Virus record (IMG/VR): IMGVR_UViG_3300040801_004034
Coordinates: 157,293-221,292 of that record
DNA: 64,000 nt
Reading direction: 5' to 3' (one strand)
The position numbers and the translations under genes were made by a program. Under the pieces are notes generated by a model. That model worked only from the letters and a program-made list of their open reading frames with translations. It was not told the DNA's origin and ran no database searches. Shown piece after piece: positions 31,899 through 44,157 of the stretch. How positions within the stretch are numbered: the stretch's first letter is position 1; every line of letters starts with the position of its first letter.

Positions 31899-34179
31899 GT
31901 AGTTATTATATTATAGTTCCTCTAAACTAATACCAAGCCCCGCGCGCATATTAGAGCTCAATGAGCTTCTAATCCGCCTCTTAAGATTTTTGATAAGTTT
32001 TCGTATTTCATGTTTATTAGTGTGCGTATCCTCACACGCATTACAAGCCCTAAATGTGAGTTTTTCTCACTTTTTTCTGCGGGTATTTTGGCCGTTTCGG
32101 CGGCTCCTCGAACCAGACGCTTCTGGTCAATTCCGTTCGCTCGTGCCTCGCTCTCTCCATGCCAGAGCTATTTGTTCTGGAGAAAAGTTTCTTTGTATTC
32201 TCGCCACTCTTCCATCGCTTGAGAGATTAGCCGGATGACTGTGCCTACTTCACCGTCGGATTCGACCGCCTGCCAGACTCCTGGCCATGTCGGGTGGTCG
32301 ATGCGATGTATATCGAGCGTTGCCCATTCGCATGTAGAGCCTTGGCAGGTTCCACGCGATAGTTGAAATCCATTGAGTCGCAGTCCTTCTGCGATCATCT
32401 CCAGCTCACCCCACCCAGAACCAACCGGATGGATCAACCCCTTAGCCTCGGCCTTATCTTCCCAATATTGGTGTTCTTCATCACTCATGTTTTCTATATC
32501 TTCTATGTTCATTTGTCGGGGTTATCCTCCTCGGAGTTCTCAAGAATAGAAAACTCGCAGTAGTTGTTTTCTTGTCGACCTGTCTGTGTGAGCGAAAATC
32601 TAAACCCCTCCGGTTGTCGCAATCCCATTTTGTCGATCTCTACCCTAGCCAATCGAAACATCTTATTTCTCTTGCCGTTGTAACCAATTGCTGCAACTTC
32701 ATCGTCTCTAAACGATAGTCGGTATGTGGTCGTTTTTATGGTTTTTAATATCATAGTGTTGTCGGGTTTAGAACCAGCCGCCATACTCAATGCGAGGTAG
32801 GCCGCTGGATTTTCGTTAATATTTATCTACCTCTGAGCTGCTAGGCTCGCATCGAGTAGGCTCGATGATGTAATGACTTCATTATTCGATAGTATAATTG
32901 CTGCGTATTTCATATTATGAGAAGTTTATTTGGTTTTGATAGATTTCTGTATCACCTGGATCAGCTGCTAGACCTAGCGTTTCACTTTTTCCATAACATG
33001 TACCATCAATGCTGATGAATCCAGCTGATACCGGCTCTCTACGAACTCGGTGCCAATCACCATGCGTCTGGTTCTTAATAGCACCGAGCATCTCTGCCAT
33101 AGCATCATGATCAACACTTTTCGGAAATGTAAATATCTCAAGCTTATTATTATCAGGATTTTTTGTTTTGATGTATTTCATATTAAAAAACTTTAAAATT
33201 GCGAACCGCATATGCTACAAAGGCAATGCTAATACCGACTCCTACAATGAAGCCAAACCAAAAAGATCCGTTAAATATCCATTGTGATATTGTAATTTCC
33301 ATCTTATTCGTGTCCGTATAGTTCGATTAAAGATGTGCGAAGCTCATCAGCTGTTAGACCTTCTAGTGCTATTGAAATACCGGTCAGGAAACTCTTCTTA
33401 GTGAGGTCATCAATTGTCTTAGATGGTCCCATGTTATGTAATTTATGGTTTACTACATCAAGTAGCTTTTGTTGTTCATCTGTTAGCATATCTGTATTAT
33501 ATTATAGTTCCTATGACCTAGACCATTTTTGCTGACGAGTAAGCAAGCCATTGTGCTTAGCATTGCGCTTAATCATCTTGAGCTCTTGTTGCCCTTGCTC
33601 AAGTGTGATATCACCATCATGAATACGCTTCATAATTGCAGAACGTACTTCCATTGAATCAGCAATCTCACCACTACTATCAGCTTTGTTTAGTGCACTT
33701 CGCTTTCGTGATCTGGTTTCATCATTCATAATTCAGTTATTGTTATCTTATTAGTTACTATATATTTGACATTGACAGCAAACTTGCACTTACAGACGCA
33801 ATTGATTGTCATGTGATGTTCATCTGTAAACACATCACCATACTCGGTGCTATCAAAAGGTGTTAGAGCACTGTAATGATATTCGCATTGTGGACACTGA
33901 AAGTCATATTCATCTTTAACACGAGGACCGTATGTATTTGCATGCTCTTTGCTCTTGATTCCATCATACAACTTGTTCAGATTATCACTGAAGACAAACC
34001 GATCACATACAAAGAGGTTGTATTGTCGGATCTTAGATACCATCCAACCTGTATCAGGATCTTGCGGGTTGATATACCAGTCCTTGTTATCATTGAGCTC
34101 ATACACCCTGTACTTACCACGAGGTAACCATGATAGCGCACCATTACTATCCATCGGACATGCCATGAATCGTTTTAAC

Positions 34180-34473
34180 TCATTCATCTTTTAAAATATC
34201 TATGTTGTGGTGCATGATTACACTCAGTGATTTATTTGCAACTGTCCACCAACCACAGCACATCTGTTCATGAAGAGAATAATAACCAATGAACTCATCA
34301 TGAAGCATGTCATAGAACATCTTATCGAAGATTCTCTCAGCATGTTGTTCATTGCATGCATGAGGTGGTAATAAGCCCAGCTAGTTGCGCTTCTGCATCC
34401 GCTTTACAGATTTGCGTTTTACATCGATAATCGCTGGTAACCGGATAAACTCCTCATATGTCATTTCGTTCAT
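34180..34473 (-). pseudogene. hypothetical protein with in-frame TAG at 34381-34383
   Basis: 98 codons overlapping both neighbours; KRMQKRN*LGLLPPH... Confidence 0.55.
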
Positions 34474-35075
34474 AATACTTCTACATTATCATATGCATGA
34501 TAGACAATACCTGTTTCCTTTTCAGTAAATAGCAATTCAAGATTACCACAACTTAATTCCACCTTGTCCACCACAATTGTTCGTTCACCAGATTCATGTC
34601 TACTCCAGTGCCATCCCAGGTACCCACGAATAGCTTTACCTTCGAATGTGCTCTTTGCCCATGCAAGGTATGAATCACGCATTGCTTTATGCGCTGTCTC
34701 TTGTACTTGTTTAATGCTTACGTTCATGAGAAGATCTCCGTATCACCTTTCAAATCAAAGATTGTACCGCAATCAGAGCCCTGCGCGTATGATTCATGTC
34801 CATATTGAGCCCCGCCACAGTGGCGAGTCACCTTATAACCTTTCTGAGAGATACCAATAGTATATTCAGCATCATCACCACCTCTTGCGCGCTCATATTG
34901 GAGCATGGCAATAAACTCAGCCAACTCATATTTTGTCATCCGTGCACTGGTAACAGAGACGAATGGTTTAATCTTAGCTAGTCTTGGACCTGTTTTACTC
35001 ATATAACTAGTATATGGTAGTTCCTTAAACATGGAGAAACCTTCCATTTCTGAAAGGCCTTTCCGTAAAGCTAGT

Positions 35076-35438
35076 TTACATTACTGCTCTGCTTCTAATA
35101 AGAGCCTGGCTCATGAGCTTGCTCATGTGAGTTAGTGCTTTTTGAAGCTCTTCAGAGTCTATATTTCTCTCATCAATTGCCATCTCTGCTTCACCATGAA
35201 GTAGATCATAGAAGAACTGCTCTGGTTCTTCAGCAAGAGTCTTCATTAACTGAGCTGCAACAAGATCGAAATACTCTTCTTCAGGCGATATACTATCAGG
35301 CTCTGAGTAGCGCGGATCTCGAGGGTCATATTTCGGCTTACGTGCATTTTCCTGTGCTCGTAGTAAATCTGCTGGTGCATCTTCTAAACCACTGTAGGCT
35401 TCGTAAATTAGTTTGCTGTCATTGTTGATTGTGCTCAT
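35076..35438 (-). CDS. acidic late protein, possible internal head protein
   Basis: TAAATA at 35444-35449; N-terminus NDSKLIYEAY. Confidence 0.55.
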   Translation of the reverse strand: MSTINNDSKLIYEAYSGLEDAPADLLRAQENARKPKYDPRDPRYSEPDSISPEEEYFDLVAAQLMKTLAEEPEQFFYDLLHGEAEMAIDERNIDSEELQKALTHMSKLMSQALIRSRAVM

Positions 35439-35449
35439 AATATTATTTA

Positions 35450-35677
35450 ATGCGGGGTAGGGCGGGATCTGTATAATCTGCGAATAGCGGGGGTCTTAGT
35501 AATCTGCGAGGGATCTGCTCCCGGTTTTTTGTTTGGCATGCAGATATAACCCTAGTTCCAAAACGGCTCAGATAGTAAAGCGTTCCAACGGTTAACCTTC
35601 TCAGACCGGGTTCCTCTGAGCACAAAAGTTTCTCTAGTTCCAACCCACCTCTCGCTAGACCACTTTGGTTCTCTCTG
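35450..35677. other. GC-rich non-coding element with phased GTTCC and ATCTG/CAGAT motifs
   Basis: GTTCC at 35555, 35582, 35610, 35637 (27/28/27 bp); ATCTG x4 at 35467-35517 facing CAGA(T) x3. Confidence 0.5.
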
Positions 35678-35845
35678 CTACTTCCTCTTTCTATTCGCCT
35701 TACGCCTCCTTCGCTCGTTCTTATTCTTTCTTTTGTTGTTAGGCTTACCCACCTTAGGACTAAATGCATTCATCCATTTACTGTAGTCAGCATTAGCTCT
35801 AGCTAAGTCATGACCACTGAATGAAAATGTAGGCGCTCCGCTCAT
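35678..35845 (-). CDS. small protein with Arg/Lys-rich C-terminus (start revised)
   Basis: promoter at 35852-35867; ends KRKNKNERRRRKANRKRK. Confidence 0.6.
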   Translation of the reverse strand: MSGAPTFSFSGHDLARANADYSKWMNAFSPKVGKPNNKRKNKNERRRRKANRKRK

Positions 35846-38437
35846 GTTACTATTATATGTCTGTTCCATTACCTGATAGCAGCTTTGATATCACCTATAG
35901 TGTTTACACCTTGCTGTGAGTTATCAATAGCGATCACTTCTGTATCGTCTGGTAGTAAAGATGCAATTGGGTTAGTCCATCTCATTCCATTACTACGAAA
36001 AGCTACCTCTTCTACATTATCTGGATCGTTTTTAGTTGGCGCTTTGACTGCAAATGTTGTACTCATATGTATATTATATCAGAGTTCCATTACTTAGCTG
36101 GCGGCCATGTTAGGCCTGCCTCTTGTAGCTTAGGTACATCTTCGTCAGCAATATCGAACTCATCCTGAGTAGTGTAGTTAGCTTGTTGATGCTCTCCTAA
36201 TGTGTCGAAGACCATCTGCTCTGGAATGAACCACCCATAGTCATTACTACTACCTTTAAAGTACACCCTGACCATATTACGGTCATTGATATGATTGACT
36301 GATGCGCTCTTATGCTCTGTGATTTGTATTACCATAATTATCCGATCATGCTTGATGCTCTACACTCTTTGCTTCCTGGACCTGCTTCTGGCGCAGGACA
36401 AACTCTTCTACCTCGTCAGCTCTGATGCTGTACGTCGGTATGTGACGATCATGAAACTCCACTCGATAGAACTCACCTTGTGTGGTTGTTAGCGTGACTT
36501 CTTTTAGCTCGATTGTATTTGCTTTGCTCATGTCGATATTATATCAAGGTTCCATCACAGCATCGGATTGTGCGGAACGTCATTATCTTCTTCCTCACAA
36601 ATCTCGTGATAGGCACATCCTCTTAGTACGCTATTAGCTTTGTACCGAACTGTACCGGTGAATGCTTCTCGCTTTTCCTTCTTGAGTCCAGCTGCTCGAA
36701 CGTATCGTTCAGCTTGCTCCCGGGTGTTAAATGTCGCAACTATCTCTTCTTGTTCTTCAGTCTTGAACTGACCTCCGATATGTGAAAGAAAAACGTGCTC
36801 TGTTATACCTATTAGCTTTACCATGTAATTATTATATCGTGGTTCCGTGAGTGCTAATAAACCGCTACCATACGGTGGCTGAACATTGCAGAGAGCTCTC
36901 TCAGATTGAGTGGCTTCTCAGCGATCGTCAAGAACGCATAACCTTCCAGCTCTTCCTGAACCTCTTCTAAATAAACCTCATCACCTTCCCAATCACCTGA
37001 CTCATCATTGAACGTCACGCGCTCAAACGTCATCAAATTGCTATTGCGATCGAGCGTCATGTCGATGTCTTCGTTCTCGCCTAGGTGCACAAACACCATC
37101 ATATCGTTGCTGCGCATTGCTGGTAATTCATTTTTCATATTCATAACAATATTATATGATGGTTCCAATACGGCTATCCGATCAGTCCGACTGCGTTTGC
37201 AATCATCACTGCTACAAGCACGACAATACCGAACAGTACAACTTTTGCTATTGTTTTGAAGCTCCAACTATTATTTGGTCCAATCATTTTATTTCCCTTT
37301 GTTTTTGTTATTTGTTTATGCAGCAGTCTCTTCTACTAACTGCTCTCCATGAAAGCGTCGTGCCCACACCTCTTTGATATGCTCTTTCTGCTCTCTTGTA
37401 GATGAAAGGGATACGTACTGCAATCGTAGCAGGCGCTTGTAACCGCTAAGGTCTTCTACGATGTTGCCATCACCATCGTGCTGCTTTTCATGACGAACCA
37501 GACCTCGGCCCTTCTTCGAAACATACTCAGCGAGGAACTTCTCGTAACTGTTGTCGTATTTCTTCTCAATCAAGCCAGCTAGATACTTGTGATGGAATGC
37601 ATTTTCCTCACCGGTAACAGTGCACTTGACTTTGACCGTGCAGTTAAAAGCTTGCTTACCATCAGCAAACTCGTAGTTGTATAATTTTTTAGCTTTCTTT
37701 TCCATAATGTTAAACGTCAATTGCAAAGTACATCACCATCGCTGCATAGGCTGCAACTACTGTAATGACTGCTATGTGAATGATTAAATGTTTCATACTG
37801 ATATTATATCGAGGTTCCGAAAAGGTACTCATCATATGCTGCCTCATCAGAAGCTTCATATTCTGCTTTATGTAGTGCAATTTCATAATCTGCTTCATCT
37901 CGCAGAAATTGCGCTGCTTCAGCTGCTTGCCATGTATCAATATATTGATCGCGATCGTGTTCTTCTAGATGTGCCATACCAATATTATATCAGAGTTCCT
38001 AGAGGGAGTTACGTTTAATGCATCCTGCTTGGTACTGAAGACGATCTGTATCTTTCAACCAATTCGCAACGAATGTCTTGAGAGGGTACTCAGCATACAA
38101 TCCATCTTTCCTTCCGCCGATGTGATGAAAGCCATAATGAGCATTCACATCAATACCTTCGCTGGTAAGAAAGTCAAGATGGGTTCCGAGATCCCATTCC
38201 GGATGAATCAGAGTGCTTTGAGCTACCGAAACTTTTGCTAAATCGAATGTCTGTATTTGCGTTTTTATCATACCAATATTATATCAGGGTTCCGAGATGT
38301 GATTAGCACCATACTAGCTGTTCAGCATCAACATCTAGCTTACGAAGATACTCTTCACGTGCATATCGTTCCTGACGAGCCTTCACTTTACGATCGCGCT
38401 CTTCTTGAGCTAGTCGACGAGCTTCCTTCATCCTTAG

Positions 38438-38486
38438 CAACTTGCTCGTTACAAGTAACGAGCAAGTTGAACAACTTGCTCGTTAC
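38438..38486. repeat. 15-bp inverted triplication X-X'-X
   Basis: CAACTTGCTCGTTAC aa GTAACGAGCAAGTTG aa CAACTTGCTCGTTAC. Confidence 0.9.
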
Positions 38487-40161
38487 CAACAATGATCTCA
38501 GCTGCAAGTTCCTCATCGAGCGTCTTCAACCATGCTCGGAACTCCTCGCAATCTTCCTTTGATGTCTTAACGACAGCCCATGCATCGTTAAAGTCAACAC
38601 TCTTATCGAACTTTACGATATGACCAGGGCTGCAACCGCATGAACATCCAGCATTGCGTGAGTAATGAATACTCTTCACATCAGAAAGAATTTCCTTGAT
38701 TGCTGCATTAACTGCACGATTGCACTTGCGAAGAACTTTGTTCCAAGTCTTGCACTTAAAGTCTAGATTATAAATCTTCTTTTCATTGAACCAATCATCT
38801 GCGATCGTCATCACACTTTCTTCCTCTTTAGGTGTCTCAGTGTAGATGACCGCTCGGGTGCTGTGTGAAGGAGCCCAACCATTGCGGCTCTTTGACATCA
38901 TTTTGTTTCGAATTTCTGCTGTGGTGTTATTTTTCATACCAATATTATATCAGGGTTCCAATACGGCGATCAACCTGCGTCCCAACCATATGGCTTGCAA
39001 AGGAACGGCTTACCATCTACATCAACCAGATCACCTACTGATACGCTATACAGAGGACCATCATCAGCTCGGAACTTTTCTTCGAAGCGAGCTTCTTCGC
39101 TGTCCATGTCCATAAAATCACGTGGCTTGTTTGTAGCTGTGAACACCCACTCAGCAGCCTTTTCCTGCTCGACCACTCCGTCTGGAAGATCATACTCAAA
39201 TACTAAGTGGCGAGTTAGGTTATCGAGCTCCTCATCGGTTGCTCCAAATGCTTGGCGTGTGTCGGTTGGTCGGTATAATTTAATTTTCATACTGCGATTA
39301 TATCAGGGTTCCGAGATGTGGCTAGAGTCGAATCTTGATCATCTGTTCCAACCAAGCATGGACCTCTTCAATAGTGTCAGCATCTTCTGCACCTTCAACA
39401 TGATCCATAAACACATCCTCATACCATGTCTCAAAGCTTCCGCTCATCAACAGATTGTAAACGCCTTTTGCAACTTCTTCTGTGGTGTGTGTATCTTTCA
39501 TATTGATATTATATCGAGGTTCCTAGAAGTGATAGAGCGTTGAGCTCTTGTTGTCCTTATCGATGCAATTCGTATGCCAATTGTGCATGTAAGCTGGGGT
39601 ATACTTCTTGCGATGCTCATCGTATTTGTCTTTGCGGCAAATACGCACCTTACCGTAGAAAGTTCCTAGAGCGCCATACCCGCGATCCTTTTGCGTGACT
39701 TTTGTCTTGAACTGTTTGCGATTCTCTTTAAGCCAATCAGTAGCTTCCTTTCTACTCTCAAAGCCAAGATCGTACATGAGGTAGTTCGTATTGCGTCCAG
39801 TGATGCCTTCTGCATAGGCATTTGTATAAGTCATCCAAATAATATATTTCATACAATTATTATATCAGGGTTCCGTGAGGGCTACACACCTGGCAGCTCG
39901 AACTTCACATACCAGTGTGATTGATTTGCGAGCGATGCTCCTCCTCGGAACGGCTTCCATTTATCGCCGGTAGCAAGAATGATTGCTTCTGGGAAAGCTT
40001 TCCTTACTTTCTCCTCGAGCATCTCTGATGTGTACCCATTTCGGTAAAAGTAACCTTTGCGTACTGTAAAGATGCCTTTGCTCTTGCTGACGTGGTTTCC
40101 GATCTTTTCTTCGACTTGACGTGATGTAATTTTCATATGGTTATTATATCGAGGTTCCATG

Positions 40162-40671
40162 CTAGATGTTGTGGATGATCTTACCTGCAATTTTGATCTT
40201 GCGAAGTGATGATATTTTGTAATCACGTTCTGGTATTTCCTTCTCGATGCCTACTGCTTGCTGAGTAGCTGTTGGTGCTGCTTTAGGCAAGAATGGCTTT
40301 AGTTCCGCTAGAGGAATCTCAACTCCAGTCTCCTTATCGATGTAATAAGTTTTGCCGTTCAGCTGTTGAGGCTTGACGCTCAAGTATTGCTCACCTTTAT
40401 GATGAATGATGAAGCGATGTTCCTCATCACGAACACCCCAACGACGAGGCTTAGCTTTGAAAATAGCTTCCTTCCCCTCACGTTCGAGCTGACGATTAAC
40501 GCCTGCTTCGTAGTTAGTTCCGATCAAGCCGCCAACGAATGCAACCTTGATGACGCGTCCAAAGTATGGATTGTTCGTCTTGTTCATGCGAGGCTCGGTA
40601 TGAGCTTCGAATGAGATTGGTGTAGTGCCATTATTGGCATTTTCGATGATGTGGTGTACGATGTTTTTCAT
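40162..40671 (-). CDS. hypothetical early protein
   Basis: 169-aa ORF with own promoter at 40678-40693. Confidence 0.7.
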   Translation of the reverse strand: MKNIVHHIIENANNGTTPISFEAHTEPRMNKTNNPYFGRVIKVAFVGGLIGTNYEAGVNRQLEREGKEAIFKAKPRRWGVRDEEHRFIIHHKGEQYLSVKPQQLNGKTYYIDKETGVEIPLAELKPFLPKAAPTATQQAVGIEKEIPERDYKISSLRKIKIAGKIIHNI

Positions 40672-40912
40672 AATCAGATTATATCTAGGTTCCTAGACGT
40701 CCAGTCTGTATGCTGTAACTACTAGATCATCGATCTCACTCTCTTTCTGAGCAATTTGCTTCTCTAAATAAGCTAGTGCATCATCAGGTGCATCCTTATT
40801 CATCGCAAGTGTATGATAATATTCATGCAAGATGCTCAATTGTGCCTCAGCATGCTCCAATTTTTGTAGTGGTGTCTTTTCCATACCAACATTATATCTA
40901 GGTTCCAAGACA

Positions 40913-40948
40913 TGAAAGGACTCGAGCCACACCACATAACTCGAGTCC
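40913..40948 (-). terminator. probable intrinsic terminator
   Basis: GGACTCGAG-13nt-CTCGAGTCC followed by TTTCA on the minus strand. Confidence 0.5.
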
Positions 40949-42163
40949 CGACCCCCTTGGGTCAACCACCTTTTGCCAACCACGGCACATGAAAATTATT
41001 CTTCCGGTTCCTTAAAAATTTCGTCTTGCTCTCCTGGCAAAAGACCAGTCATAAGAAATTCTCGCTCAGTTGCATTGAGCATCGGAAAGGCTTCCTGAAT
41101 CATCATGCCGTCTTTCCATTTTTTGTTGCACTCGAGAAACTCTTGCGAGCTAATATTGAGATGCATCTCATTTGTTTTGCCTGTCAGTGGATTGGTTTTT
41201 GTGATCTTCATAATGTTATTATATTACTGTTCCGTTTCAGCAAGACGCTCGTTATATTTTGCAAGAATATGATCTTCAACCCTCTTGTATGAACCCCAGC
41301 AACTTGATGGCACATGATTGTAGATGAATACAATGAGCTTTCTGAGCTCATCACTCTCTTGAGGACAATTATCATATCGTCCGTAAGCACCGAAGAGATC
41401 ATTTGCAAGTACTGCATTGATAAACCCTCCTGGCTCATAACCATTCTCGATATAGTCCATCATCGTCTGAGCAAACCGTTTCGGACACTTGTTGTAATCT
41501 ATTTCAAACATATATTATTTTATCAGGGTTCCGTCACCTAAACGTTGTTCGGTCCAGTACCAACTCGATCAGATACTTTATCGAGATAGTCATAAAGGAA
41601 TTCAATTTGCGCTAATCGAGCGAGATCCATATTGTTATCGAGATTCGCTTCGCGTTCGAAACTGTTGAGTTGTTCCTCGAGAGCTTCAAACATATATGTC
41701 ATATGCATCTGACGCTCATCAGTTGACATTTGTTTGTACTTTGTAGTGTATTTAATTTTCTGTGCTTGATTCATACTACGATTATATCAGGGTTCCGAAA
41801 TTAGAACTCCTTCTTAAAGCTGATGCATGTGACTGTTTGGCCGCGCATCCATCGAGCGGAACGATTGATCTCATGATCATATACCTCGAATGTATAAAGC
41901 TCGAATGCTTTGGTGAGCATGTCTTTGATCATGCGCTTTGCTGCATCATCGTAGTTACAATTCGTTTTGATGCGAACTGTTCCGTCTTTGCGTACATCTC
42001 GGAAATAATTTCCTGGTGTAACAGTGCGTGTTGACGCGATTAATACTCGAATGTCTCTAATGGTTGGTGCTGTAATCATACTATTATTATAAGAAGGTTC
42101 CAAGAATGGAAAGCTGCCAGCTCTTTCGAACTGACAGCCCAAGTCGTTTCCGCCCTCCATTCA

Positions 42164-42676
42164 CTAACCGAAATGCGCTGTCAATACTTTGTTCATGCAT
42201 ACTCGAAGTTCCTTCAAGTCAGCAATCAGCGCATCTCGTGAGTAAAGTTCCAATACCTTCACTACATCATGCTTGTACGAATCAAGCTTGCTTACTAGCG
42301 TAGGTTTGTCTTTGATAAAATCGTAGTAGTCACCATCAGCTTTGACTGTTCCGTCTCTCTCGTTGATAGCATACTCCATGTAATTACAGACCTCTTTGTC
42401 ATAACCAAGTACTTCACAAACGGTGTAAATTCGCATGCGATGACTCAGATCGCAATCACCGGTAACAAGTTCCTTAGCAAGGTTGTAACCGGAACGTTTT
42501 GTTGGCCAAGGACCATCTTTTACATATTTAAATGCTCCTTCTTCAACTTCCAAATTGTTCCAGAACTTCCAATGATCGTATGGGTAAGTATTCTCCCATG
42601 CCCCATCGGAGAGCTGCCCGAGAATCTCATGTTCGAAAAGAGCTTTGAGCCGTTTTGGTAATGTCAATATATTCAT
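42164..42676 (-). CDS. hypothetical early protein
   Basis: 170-aa ORF; promoter at 42712-42727. Confidence 0.7.
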   Translation of the reverse strand: MNILTLPKRLKALFEHEILGQLSDGAWENTYPYDHWKFWNNLEVEEGAFKYVKDGPWPTKRSGYNLAKELVTGDCDLSHRMRIYTVCEVLGYDKEVCNYMEYAINERDGTVKADGDYYDFIKDKPTLVSKLDSYKHDVVKVLELYSRDALIADLKELRVCMNKVLTAHFG

Positions 42677-42950
42677 AATGTGTGCGGTTGTTATTGCTTA
42701 ATTGCAACTATATTATAAAAGGGTTCCGTTCTGGCTAACCCCTAAATTGATGCAAGTAGCACGATACCTAAACCGATTGCGAGGCCGATTAGCCAGCTAC
42801 CTAGCAAGGCACCTATGCAAGTTAAAAAGGCGACAAATGCGAGAGCGTTTGGATTAATATTCATAATGTGTTCCGTGTTCTAGATAATGTTTAATTGTTC
42901 CTGCTTCCTCTTCATCGATGCAGTGACTGATTAAAGGATCTATAATCATT

Positions 42951-43064
42951 TGTTCAATACAGGAACGTTCCTGTTCCAGTTCCGTGGCGGCGGCTATTAC
43001 CCTTACTGCCGCCGCCACTTGTTCTATCTGTTCCTGTTCCACTAAACGTTCCAGTTCCAGTTCC
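42951..43064. repeat. cluster of 8 GGAAC boxes flanking an 11-bp GC hairpin
   Basis: minus strand GGAACT GGAACT GGAACG..GGAACA GGAACA..GTGGCGGCGGC-13nt-GCCGCCGCCAC GGAACT GGAACA GGAACGTTCCTGT. Confidence 0.85.
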
Positions 43065-43425
43065 TACACTCGTTGTGGATCGAAAATATGGAACACTGTC
43101 ACTTGTGTGTTCCGCATAATATCACTCACATTATACTTCGGGTCATCTTTCAAGGAACTGATGCCAAACCCTCGCAGGTATTGAGAGATTGCCAATGTGT
43201 GGCCAGCTGTAACAACTGCACTGACATTCAATCGTGATAGTTCCTCTACTACCTTCTCGAGGATCGATAACGGAACAACCTTCTCGATCTTAATACGATA
43301 CCGACCATCTTGATGACGATCATTATAATGAGTAACACAAGTCAAATCGACTCCATGTTTCTCAATTGCATTGCGAACTTCTTTATATGTGATGTTTTTC
43401 ATATCGATATTATAAAAGGGTTCCA

Positions 43426-43950
43426 TTACGCTGCAATCAGCTCTCTAACAATCAGCTTGCCGAGAGTTTCATGCTTCTTTCCGATCATGTACCGATCTCT
43501 GTTGATCTTGTTGAGCTGGAACCCTTTTGGTATGCGAGCTTTTTTCGCATAGATGACTCCTGTTTCAACATTCATGATAGCATATAAGAGCTTTTTACGA
43601 CTGCGAGCAACAACATGTTCTGTAATATCTGTTTTGCCATTTGCAAGACGTGTAGGAGATGCTCCAATTTCTCTACAGATGCGCTTCCAACGATAGTCAT
43701 GCCTGCAGCATTCACCATGACGATGATAAGCAAGTGCGTGAGCGATCTCATGCAGCATCGTATCGAGAACCTCTTCCTCTTTACCAACACGGCACAATGT
43801 TTGATTGATTGCGAGAGTGCGATCGCGGTAGCGGCATTGACCGTATGTACGATAAGCACTCTTCTTTAGCAACCGCGGGCGCCATCCATGTTTGTCGAGG
43901 CCGTGCTGCTCAATTAACTTTCTGTACGTTGTTAGTGGTGTCATCATCAT
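43426..43950 (-). CDS. SprT-like zinc metalloprotease (start revised)
   Basis: YGQC, DTMLHEIAHA, HDYRWKRICREIGA; promoter at 43957-43972. Confidence 0.85.
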   Translation of the reverse strand: MMMTPLTTYRKLIEQHGLDKHGWRPRLLKKSAYRTYGQCRYRDRTLAINQTLCRVGKEEEVLDTMLHEIAHALAYHRHGECCRHDYRWKRICREIGASPTRLANGKTDITEHVVARSRKKLLYAIMNVETGVIYAKKARIPKGFQLNKINRDRYMIGKKHETLGKLIVRELIAA

Positions 43951-43996
43951 ACTACGATTATATCTGGGTTCCAAAAAGGCAAAACCATTTAAGATC

Positions 43997-44157
43997 ATCG
44001 CAAATCTCTATAGAGGCGAGCCGCTAAGCTCGGGTTTTAACCCCTCAGTATCAGTAGGTCGATGCAGTCACCTATCATCAGCTTTAATTTAAAGACGAGC
44101 TGGTTCGATTGCGTCTCCATCCGCGTTTAGGGTCTGTGATGGGTTCGACCTTGCGAT
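43997..44157 (-). ncRNA. candidate 161-nt structured ncRNA with own early promoter
   Basis: promoter 44163-44178 not followed by ATG; 5' ATCGCAA pairs with 3' TTGCGAT; internal stems AGGTCGA/TCGACCT, CCATC/GATGG, AGACG/CGTCT, GAGG/CCTC, CGAGC/GCTCG. Confidence 0.7.

Larger units (their letters stand above)
7381..33511 (-). promoter_or_regulatory. dispersed GGAAC-N5-TATAAT-like promoters (left part)
   Basis: 16-bp copies starting at 7381, 8256, 11805, 12946, 13903, 15547, 16628, 18041, 18621, 19063, 23146, 27556, 31905, 33496. Confidence 0.85.

Noticed and set aside
32509-32913. A sixth in-frame stop (TAG at 32827-32829) joining ATG 32913 to ORF 32509..32790
   Set aside because: An alternative frame looks like a different gene's C-terminus (LPRIEYGGWF*), so the in-frame join may be chance at a recombination junction
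42854-43042. 62-aa ORF MEQEQIEQVAAAV...
   Set aside because: Its N-terminal half is just the translation of the GGAAC repeats and GC hairpin; at most a short gene from the internal ATG is real
44075-44081. CUGAUGA hammerhead core within the ncRNA candidate
   Set aside because: No GAAA after the following stem, so the hammerhead core is incomplete
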